Positions 51,955 through 59,384 of a DNA stretch of 64,000 nucleotides are shown in pieces. The notes beneath the pieces were generated by a model that was not told the origin of the DNA, ran no database searches, and saw only the letters and a list, made by a program, of their open reading frames with translations. Both the position numbers and the translations under genes were made by a program. How positions within the stretch are numbered: position 1 is the first letter of the stretch; each line of letters starts with the position of its first letter. The DNA comes from Deltaproteobacteria bacterium (GTDB taxonomy: Bacteria > Desulfobacterota > Binatia > UBA9968): the NCBI GenBank assembly GCA_016210115.1, contig JACQUW010000326.1, positions 131 to 64,130 of the forward strand, written 5' to 3'.

Positions 51955-52810
51955 CCCCGCGCGCCCAGGCCTGCCGTAGCGCGCGCGGCACCAGGACCCG
52001 GATCATATCGCGCTTATACGATTCCGAACCCCGGCTGTCCGAGACCGGCTGGGCCGCGCCGGCGTATCGCTCCGCCAGTCTCTCCAGAACCCCGCCATCG
52101 ATCGCCTGCCCCCGCGCCTCAGAGTCAGCGTCAGGAAGAGCGAGAGGCGCCGGTCCCGCCGCTCCGACAACGACCCTGGCTTCGGCGCAGGCGCCGTTTT
52201 CGGCGGGCCGAGCCAGCGCCGCTACCCCAAGCACCGGCTTATCGGCTTTGGATTGGGGCGTGAACTTGATGTAGGAAACTCCAGAGCCGGGCGATGGAGG
52301 TGACACTTTGATTTCGGTCATGATCTCATCGGATTCGAGCGTCGTAGTGAAATAATCCAGAAACAGGTCGCGCATCCGCACGCGCCGCTCCCCGCGCGCG
52401 CTGCGGATCGTGACTTCCGCATCCAGCAGCACCAGAACTGCCGGTGGATCCGATGCGGCCTCCGCCCAGCAGACGTTGCCGCCGAGAGTGGCCACGTTCC
52501 GAATTCGGCGGCTCGCCACCTGTTTAAGGACTTCGGCCAATATGGGGACGCGCTCGCTCACAACGGGATGATCCGCGAGAATTTGTAAACTCGTCATCGC
52601 GCCCACGTGGAGAGCGCCGTTCTGCCAGGTAACATAATCCAGGCCCAGCCGCTCGAGGCTCACAAGACGCGCGGCATGGATGAGACCTTCTTTCAACAGG
52701 ATCGTCAGGGCCGTGCCACCTGCGGATATGCGAGCCTCGGGACCATGTTGGGCAAGAAACTCCAACGCTTCCTCGAGCGTATCCGGCGCACGATACTCCA
52801 AAATCCTCAT
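51938..52810 (-). CDS. FAD-binding medium subunit (M3)
   Basis: YRAPDTLEEALEFL..ISAGGTALTILLK and RIRNVATLGGNV are present. The start overlaps the L3 stop (ATGA). Confidence 0.9.
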   Translation of the reverse strand: MRILEYRAPDTLEEALEFLAQHGPEARISAGGTALTILLKEGLIHAARLVSLERLGLDYVTWQNGALHVGAMTSLQILADHPVVSERVPILAEVLKQVASRRIRNVATLGGNVCWAEAASDPPAVLVLLDAEVTIRSARGERRVRMRDLFLDYFTTTLESDEIMTEIKVSPPSPGSGVSYIKFTPQSKADKPVLGVAALARPAENGACAEARVVVGAAGPAPLALPDADSEARGQAIDGGVLERLAERYAGAAQPVSDSRGSESYKRDMIRVLVPRALRQAWARGGELHD

Positions 52811-55116
52811 TTATCTTTCACGGCGCGCAGCGCCGCGTGTATTTTTTCCGGAGTTATGGGCAGATCCCGGATGCGAACCCCGGTGGCATCCGCTACGGCG
52901 TTAGCGATTGCTGGAGCAACCGGAATGACTCCGGGTTCCGCAATGCCTTTTGCTCCGAAAGGGCCGTGAGGGTCTCGGCTCTCTATCAATAGGATTTCAA
53001 TCTCGGCAGGCAGATCGGCAGCCGCCGGAATCTTATAATCCTGCATATTCGAGAGGAGCGTTTGCCCGCCATCGGCGAACATGTTTTCAACAAGCGCGAA
53101 ACCGATCCCTTGCGCGATTCCTCCTTCCACCTGCCCCTGGGCGCCAAGAGGATTGATCACGCGGCCGACGTCGTGAGCCGCAACCATCCGGAGCACTCGC
53201 ACTTCGCCTGTTTCCTGATCCACGTCAACCTCCGCGCCATGAAATCCGAAAGAATACGCGGCCGATTTGTTGCCATGTCCTGTGGAATCAGGCTCCTCAG
53301 TGGGGGGATCGTAGAAGTGCTCCGCCATGAGCACGCTTCCGTCTCGACGGTAGTGCGCTGCTTTGGCCACCTCGGCGATGCTCACGCTTCTATCCGGCTC
53401 TCGTTGAATCCACACGCGTCCTGCTCCGACCTCTAGGTAATCCGGGTTTTCGGCATTCAACAGTTCCGCCGCAACCTCGATAATCCGGGATCTCAGCTTT
53501 TTCGCCGCTCCGATCACGGCGTTCCCGGACACAAAAGTATTGCGGCTTCCATGGGTTCCCAAATCCCACGGGATCAAATTCGTGTCGGAGCTCTCGACGC
53601 GGACCGCCTCGTAGGTCAGACCCAACGCCTCCGCGGCGATCTGAGCGATTGCGGTCGCTCCGCCCTGGCCGATTTCCTGCCCTCCGATCAGGATCTGGAG
53701 CGTGCCGTCATCTTCGATCTTTAGCATTGCGCCGCAGCCGTCGCTGTTTCCGTGGACCCGGGTTCCGCCGCCGGGGTTGAAAAGCCCGGCAATACCTATG
53801 CCGCGGCCGCGCCCTCTTTTTTGATGCGGCTTCAGCGCCCGCACAACGGCCTCCAGACACTCCCGCTGCGCGCAGGACTCCAGGCGGTACCCGAGCACGG
53901 TCTCATCGCCGGCGTTGTGGAGATTTCTCCTGCGCAATTCGAAGCGATCGATTCCCAGCTCGAGCGCAGCTTCATCCAAGAGTCCTTCGATCGCAAAGGT
54001 CCCTTGCGGATTGCCATATCCCCGATAAGCGCCTCCGTAAGGCTTATTGGTATAAACCGCTGTTCCTTCGAACCGAAATGCAGGCACTTTGTAGATAGAA
54101 AATGGATTTGTGCCTGCTACAGTCGCTTCCCCGGGCGCCTGACTGAGGTATGCGCCGGAGTCGACCAGAGTCTTCACTTCGAGGGCGGTAATGCGGCCGC
54201 TTCGGGTCAGGCCGAGACGACAATCAAAAGACATCGGGTGGCGAAAGCGCGTTGCCTGAAACTCCTCGGTCCTGCTGTAAACAATCCGTACGGGACGATG
54301 GGTCTTAAGGGAAAGCAGGGCGGCTATCGGATCGGGAGCATGCATCTCCATGCGGCTGCCAAAGCCCGCGCCCATAACGGTTTTGATGATGTGGACTTTC
54401 GCTTCGGGGATTCCCAAGACGTCGGCCAGTTCCCGCCGGAGTTGAAAGGGCATCTGGGTCGACGACCAAAGAGTCACCACCCCGGAAGCGGGATCGAAAT
54501 TGGCCACCGCCTGATGCGGCTCGAGACAACATGGGGCAACCGCCTGCGTAGAATAATGACGTTCCAACACAACCTCTGCCTGGCGCCAGCCCTGTTCGAT
54601 GTCCCCGGCCCCACGGCGAACGATCGCCGCCACGTTGCCGGACGCCTTTTCGTGAACAAGCGGCGCCCCGGATTTGAGCGCCTCCTCCGGGCTAAACACC
54701 GCCGGCAGATCCTCGTAATCGACCTCGATCAGAGCGAGAGCCTCCAGCGCGGCTTCCTCGTCCACGGCGGCGACCGCTGCGACTTCGTCGCCGATGAAGC
54801 GAACCTTTTCGGTTTCTAGAGGCAGCTTGTCCGCATAACGAGGGTTCTGGTGCTTGAAGAAACCGTACTTTATTCCCGGCGTGTCAGCCCCGGTCATGAC
54901 GGCGCGCACACCAGGCACGCGCCGGGCCCGTTCCGTACTGATATTTTGAATCCTTGCGTGGGCCAGCGGACTACGAAGAACTTTGCCGGCGAGCATGCCG
55001 GGAAAGTGAACGTCTACGCCGTAGAGCGCTTGTCCCGTGAGCTTTTGAACCCCGTCGATCCGGGGCACACCCGTGCCGACAATTCTTAATGGCTCAGGCG
55101 AAAACGGCTCAGCCAT
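52807..55116 (-). CDS. Molybdopterin-binding large subunit (L3)
   Basis: ATG 55116 with AGGAG upstream gives MAEPFSPEPLRIVGTGVPRIDG. MGAGFGSR, VYTNKPYGGAYRGYGNPQ and GPFGAKGIAEPG are present. Confidence 0.92.
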   Translation of the reverse strand: MAEPFSPEPLRIVGTGVPRIDGVQKLTGQALYGVDVHFPGMLAGKVLRSPLAHARIQNISTERARRVPGVRAVMTGADTPGIKYGFFKHQNPRYADKLPLETEKVRFIGDEVAAVAAVDEEAALEALALIEVDYEDLPAVFSPEEALKSGAPLVHEKASGNVAAIVRRGAGDIEQGWRQAEVVLERHYSTQAVAPCCLEPHQAVANFDPASGVVTLWSSTQMPFQLRRELADVLGIPEAKVHIIKTVMGAGFGSRMEMHAPDPIAALLSLKTHRPVRIVYSRTEEFQATRFRHPMSFDCRLGLTRSGRITALEVKTLVDSGAYLSQAPGEATVAGTNPFSIYKVPAFRFEGTAVYTNKPYGGAYRGYGNPQGTFAIEGLLDEAALELGIDRFELRRRNLHNAGDETVLGYRLESCAQRECLEAVVRALKPHQKRGRGRGIGIAGLFNPGGGTRVHGNSDGCGAMLKIEDDGTLQILIGGQEIGQGGATAIAQIAAEALGLTYEAVRVESSDTNLIPWDLGTHGSRNTFVSGNAVIGAAKKLRSRIIEVAAELLNAENPDYLEVGAGRVWIQREPDRSVSIAEVAKAAHYRRDGSVLMAEHFYDPPTEEPDSTGHGNKSAAYSFGFHGAEVDVDQETGEVRVLRMVAAHDVGRVINPLGAQGQVEGGIAQGIGFALVENMFADGGQTLLSNMQDYKIPAAADLPAEIEILLIESRDPHGPFGAKGIAEPGVIPVAPAIANAVADATGVRIRDLPITPEKIHAALRAVKDK

Positions 55117-55945
55117 GAATTTTCGTCTCCGCTCCTTTAAGCAAATCGGCCATGTTGTCGCCCATGATCCGCTCGACATCGGCTTCCGGAAGATTGATCC
55201 CCATCGGCGGTTTCCATGCCAGAACCTCGAGAGGTCGAAGCTGGCTGCCGATTTCCTGGATCGGACAGTCGCTCCCGAAGATCAGCTTTCTCGCCCCAAC
55301 CGCCTGCACGGCCTCTTTGATTCGCGGCAGCGGTCCCCACCCGGTCTCGAGCCAGACGTTGTCATTTTTTCGCGCTACGTAGATCGCTTCATCGGCATAG
55401 CAGATCTTCTGCGTCCCTAAATGCGCGAGGATGATGATGGCTTGCGGATGAGCTTCCGCCAGCGGCGCCATCAATACCGGGATCGCGAACGGAGTATCTC
55501 CCATATGGACAATGATCGGAAGGCTGAGACGAGCGGAGGTCTCGAAGATCGGATCCAGCAGCGCGCGCGAGCGCGGCGGCATGTAGCCATGGAGGCTCGG
55601 ATTCAGTTTTACGACCCGGTACCCATCCTCTCGAACCAGCCGCTCGAGTTCCTTGAGCGCTGCTTCCACACCGAAGTGCGGATTGATGTGCATACAGCCT
55701 ACGAGGCGGTCGGGATATTTTTTTACGACCTGGCTCACGTAAGCATGCTGCTCCCGGAAGCTCAGGTCGGCTCGCAGCGTCTCGCCTGAGTGCGGCTGGA
55801 CCACCGCGCGATCGACGCGGCGATCCACTCCGAGAATCGGAAACGGCCCATCCATGAGACGCAGGAGTTCTTCCGCAGTAAAGGGCGGGTGATTCCACAC
55901 GCCGGTTGTCTTGTCGGAGATATGGATGTGTCCATCGATAATCAT
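55109..55945 (-). CDS. Amidohydrolase_2-family metal-dependent hydrolase/decarboxylase (ACMSD-like)
   Basis: MIIDGHIHIS, IIVHMGD, ILAHLG and FGSDCP are the TIM-barrel metal ligands typical of PF04909. The gene overlaps the L3 start by 8 nt. Confidence 0.8.
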   Translation of the reverse strand: MIIDGHIHISDKTTGVWNHPPFTAEELLRLMDGPFPILGVDRRVDRAVVQPHSGETLRADLSFREQHAYVSQVVKKYPDRLVGCMHINPHFGVEAALKELERLVREDGYRVVKLNPSLHGYMPPRSRALLDPIFETSARLSLPIIVHMGDTPFAIPVLMAPLAEAHPQAIIILAHLGTQKICYADEAIYVARKNDNVWLETGWGPLPRIKEAVQAVGARKLIFGSDCPIQEIGSQLRPLEVLAWKPPMGINLPEADVERIMGDNMADLLKGAETKIHG

Positions 55946-55960
55946 GGCCGAATCTCACTT

Positions 55961-56350
55961 TCAGTCGAGGGCGGCGATACAGTCGATCTCGATCATCCAG
56001 TCCGGATCGACGAAACGGTTGACCTCCATAAAGGTGCTGGCCGGCAGATCGCCTTTGAAATACTCTTGCCTGACCTCATTGATTGTTTTCCAATGCGCCA
56101 TATCGCGGACGAGAAACTGGACCTTTACAATCTGGTCCATCCGTCCGCCGGCGGCTTCCACGATCGCTTTGATGTTTTCCAGGGCCTGCCGGGTTTGCGC
56201 CACGATATCTCCCTTCGCTACGCGCTCATTCCGATCTCTTCCCACCTGTCCCGACAGGAAAAGAAGCCGGCCTCCGGTCACTTCAACCGCCTGGACATAG
56301 AGGCTCTTTGGCACGGGCGCCTTTTCCGTTGTGATTATTTTTCTCGCCAT
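55961..56350 (-). CDS. RidA (YjgF/UK114) family reactive-enamine/imine deaminase
   Basis: The 129-aa protein has YVQAVEVTGGRLLFLSGQV and a C-terminal ..MIEIDCIA pattern. Confidence 0.88.
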   Translation of the reverse strand: MARKIITTEKAPVPKSLYVQAVEVTGGRLLFLSGQVGRDRNERVAKGDIVAQTRQALENIKAIVEAAGGRMDQIVKVQFLVRDMAHWKTINEVRQEYFKGDLPASTFMEVNRFVDPDWMIEIDCIAALD

Positions 56351-56411
56351 ATGATTTCCTCTCTTGCTTGTTTAGTTGTTGAGACGACGCTAACTGCCGA
56401 TAGGGTCTCCC

Positions 56412-56494
56412 TGGTCAATGGTCAAAAGTCATTAGTCAATGGTAGTTCGGCCTGATGGTCAATAGTTAATAGTCATTGGTCAATGGTAGTTCAG
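56412..56494. repeat. Two tandem copies (period about 44 nt) of a GGTCAATGG-word unit
   Basis: TGGTCAATGGTCAAAAGTCATTAGTCAATGGTAGTTCGG aligns with TGGTCAATAGTTAATAGTCATTGGTCAATGGTAGTTCAG. The word is the reverse complement of TTGACCATTG at 51411-51420. Confidence 0.75.
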
Positions 56495-56543
56495 CACCGG
56501 GAAATCCCATAATTTTCGCTGCATCACTTTGCCGATCAAAGCT

Positions 56544-56682
56544 GTTCCCGAAGGGGCAGGCCTGTAGGTCGCAGACGTAGGACCGTGCAGGTTCTGGGAG
56601 CCATAGACCGGGGATTAATCGACTCGCAGCCTCGATGTATTGACCCATCGGCTGCTGCCGGAAGGCCTGCCCCTTCGGGAAC
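56544..56682. repeat. 139-nt element bounded by 20-bp perfect inverted repeats
   Basis: GTTCCCGAAGGGGCAGGCCT (56544-56563) is the exact reverse complement of AGGCCTGCCCCTTCGGGAAC (56663-56682). The interior is 99 nt. Confidence 0.75.
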
Positions 56683-56751
56683 CGACGTTCCACCTAAGCT
56701 CAGGGCCTGCAGCATTTTGCCCTGCTTGAAAATGGCAAATCGCAACATATC

Positions 56752-58116
56752 TCACCACTTGACCCGATCCGCCCCCGGCACCCGAATCCGCTCGTAGCGC
56801 CATCGCTCTTCGCCCAACGGAATCGTCGCATCGATCCCGAGCTTCGAGGTTTGGTTGGGAAGCGACGCCGAAGGGTCCAGAGGCGCTCCAATCATTGTCG
56901 GGAATATATGAACGTCTCGATGAGGCTGCGCCCGTGTATTGATCGCCCAGGCAACCTGTTGCGGATCGAAGACGTCAATGTCCTCGTCAACCACCACGCA
57001 GTATTTGACCAGCGAATTGCCGCTGAGGACGTGCGATATGACACTCCATACTTCCGTCTCGAGCCGCTTGCGGAGCGCTATCACAGCCTGGTAGACGCCC
57101 CCATCGGCAACCGCCCAGTTGACTGCCACAATCTCAGGATGCACCCGGCGCGCGTCCTCGGCGATGGCCACGGTTCGCGGGAGCCACATCAACGTCTGAT
57201 CCTCAGTCATGGGAACGCCGGTCAGGGCATCCTGAAACAGGGGATTTTGCCGCGTTGTGATGGCCCTTACTTCCATGACGGGCGCCGTTCGGGTGCCGCT
57301 ATAACAGCCGGTAAATTCTCCGAACGGTCCTTCCTCTTCTCGCACTCCGGACAGAAGCACTCCTTCGAGGACGACCTCCGCCACCGGGACATCGACGTCG
57401 ATGGTAAGACAGCGATAAACCTCTAAAGGCCGGCCGAGGAGGGCGCCCGCAATACCGGTTTTATCGATTTGATGGGAGACCCGCGCGGTGGCAGCGATCG
57501 TAAACGCGGGAGGGCCACCCAGCACCACCGCAATTTCAGTCTCGACTCCGCGTTCTTCGTTGGCGAGAAGAGTTCGGGTGATGCGCCGCTGGTTCGCGCC
57601 CCAAAACCCCAGGCGCCGCGGCCCCTTCACCTGCATGCGGTGAATACCCAAATGCTGTATCTCGGATCTTGCGTCTTTAACCACCTCGACTCCGGCGGTT
57701 ATGTAAGGAGCCGCATCGAGTTCGGAGTGAGTCGTAATCGGCAAGCGAGCCAGGTCAACATCCGCCCCTTCCCACCTGATCGCCTGGTGCGGCGCTGCAC
57801 CTGAAACCTGCGCAGGAGCAACGGGTTTACCAATCGCTTCCCGATAGCGTTCTATTGCTTCCTTCTGATCGCATCCCAGCGCGCGGAGTAACCGTCGCAG
57901 CACGCCGTAGCCGCCAGCGACAACTCGCCAGTTCGGATAGCCCGCAACCTGCTCGAATATGAAGGCGGGTCCCTTCAGGTCGCAACTGCGACGGGCGTAT
58001 GCTGAAATTTCGAAGCGAGGATCAACCGGTTCCTTGATTCGGATTAAGTCTCCCTCCCTCTCGATCAGGCCGAGGAATTCCCGATAATCCTCTGCAGCGG
58101 GAACATCCGGCTTCAT
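56752..58116 (-). CDS. UbiD-family decarboxylase, paralog 3 (divergent)
   Basis: EGPFGEFTGCYSG is present, with the N-terminus YREFLGLIEREGDLIRIKEPVD. ATG 58116 overlaps the M20 stop by 1 nt (TGATG). Confidence 0.9.
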   Translation of the reverse strand: MKPDVPAAEDYREFLGLIEREGDLIRIKEPVDPRFEISAYARRSCDLKGPAFIFEQVAGYPNWRVVAGGYGVLRRLLRALGCDQKEAIERYREAIGKPVAPAQVSGAAPHQAIRWEGADVDLARLPITTHSELDAAPYITAGVEVVKDARSEIQHLGIHRMQVKGPRRLGFWGANQRRITRTLLANEERGVETEIAVVLGGPPAFTIAATARVSHQIDKTGIAGALLGRPLEVYRCLTIDVDVPVAEVVLEGVLLSGVREEEGPFGEFTGCYSGTRTAPVMEVRAITTRQNPLFQDALTGVPMTEDQTLMWLPRTVAIAEDARRVHPEIVAVNWAVADGGVYQAVIALRKRLETEVWSVISHVLSGNSLVKYCVVVDEDIDVFDPQQVAWAINTRAQPHRDVHIFPTMIGAPLDPSASLPNQTSKLGIDATIPLGEERWRYERIRVPGADRVKW

Positions 58117-59384
58117 CAACGCTCCGCTCCCTTCCCAAGAAAATCAAAAGCGACGGCGGCATAAAGGCATGCCGTCTGCACAATCTCTTCCACGTTGAAG
58201 CGCTCGTTCGGGACGTGCCCTCCGCTGCCGTCGTGTCCGAGAACTACGCTCGGAATCCCGCCGCGCTGGAGATGACGGCAATCGTTGAAACTCCCCTTAA
58301 ACACCGGATACGGTTCGGCGCAGATCCCCAGCTCGCGCAGCGCGTTGATCGAGATCTGCACGATTTCCGCTTTGACGTCTTGATAGAAGGGCTCGAAATC
58401 GAAGGCCACCTCCATCGTAAGCCCGTCCGCTTTCAGGCCCTGAAGCAGTTTTTCCACCTGCGCCCGGACCTCCCCCCCTGTGACTCCCGGCGGATAGCGG
58501 AGATCCAGCTCAGCCACTGCCGTATCGGCGACCACGTTCCGTTTCGTTCCCCCGCGGAATGTGCCGACATTCACGGTCGTGTGTCCGAGAGACCAGAGGT
58601 AGAGATCTACCGGCACGTTGCGCTTTTTAGCGTTCTCCTCGTGAAAGGGACGAGACAGCTCTATAATCTCTCTTACCTCAGCCGGCAGATCCGGCTCCCA
58701 TGATTCCAGCTCACGAAAGCGCGGCAACAGGGCCGCCAGACGCTCGACGGCATTATCCCCTTCGAACGGCCGCGCGGCATGCGCCGAACGTCCCGTAAGC
58801 TTGAGGTCAACGCCAAGCGAGCCTTTGTTCGCGACACCGTAGTGGCGGCCGGCGCCTTCTCCTACGATGACGGCGTCCGCCTGCACGAGATTCTGCTCGA
58901 CCAACCATTTGGTTCCATCCTCGCCGCCGGTTTCCTCATCCGGCACAAGCATGACCGTCCAGCTTCCCGGGAGCGGCATGTCCTTTTCTTTGAGGATACG
59001 GGCGAGCACCATCGCAGCGGCAATTTTGCTTTTCATATCCGCTGATCCCCTGCCCCAGAGCTCTCCATCGATGATCTCACCGCCGTAGGGGTCCACCCTC
59101 CACGTGCTTAGATTCCCGGCCGGCACCACATCGAGATGACCGTTGAACGCGAGCTTCCGCGGTCCTTTTCCCTGCAAGGTGGCTATCAAGCTGATCCGGC
59201 CGGTCACAGGCTCGTAGCGCTGGACCGGAATTCCCGCATCGCGAAAGTAAGCCTCTGCGAAGCCGGCAATTTCAGTCATGTCACAGGGCGGATTCTCGGT
59301 TTTTATGCGGACCAGCGCCTGCGTCAATTGCACAAGCTCATCGCGCCGTTTTTTTACCTCGGAAATGAGCGCGGATTTGTCCAT
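58116..59384 (-). CDS. M20-family metallopeptidase/deacylase (ArgE/DapE/CPG2-like)
   Basis: FNGHLDVVP, GRGSADMKS and VPDEETGG are present. ATG 59384 overlaps the upstream stop (TAATG). The long ORF extension to 59588 is unsupported. Confidence 0.85.
   Translation of the reverse strand: MDKSALISEVKKRRDELVQLTQALVRIKTENPPCDMTEIAGFAEAYFRDAGIPVQRYEPVTGRISLIATLQGKGPRKLAFNGHLDVVPAGNLSTWRVDPYGGEIIDGELWGRGSADMKSKIAAAMVLARILKEKDMPLPGSWTVMLVPDEETGGEDGTKWLVEQNLVQADAVIVGEGAGRHYGVANKGSLGVDLKLTGRSAHAARPFEGDNAVERLAALLPRFRELESWEPDLPAEVREIIELSRPFHEENAKKRNVPVDLYLWSLGHTTVNVGTFRGGTKRNVVADTAVAELDLRYPPGVTGGEVRAQVEKLLQGLKADGLTMEVAFDFEPFYQDVKAEIVQISINALRELGICAEPYPVFKGSFNDCRHLQRGGIPSVVLGHDGSGGHVPNERFNVEEIVQTACLYAAVAFDFLGKGAER

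Noticed and set aside
46625-55116. Annotating the three-subunit molybdoenzymes as aerobic CO dehydrogenase (coxMSL)
   Set aside because: Neither large subunit shows the form I CoxL active-site loop (VAYRCSFR) as I recall it. No coxDEFG-type accessory genes are present, and the context is aromatic or heteroaromatic catabolism. I kept the generic family-level calls.
56466-56803. Small ORFs (60-75 aa) on both strands in the RidA/UbiD-3 spacer
   Set aside because: They run through the tandem units and the inverted-repeat element, and they have no RBS or conserved-looking sequence.
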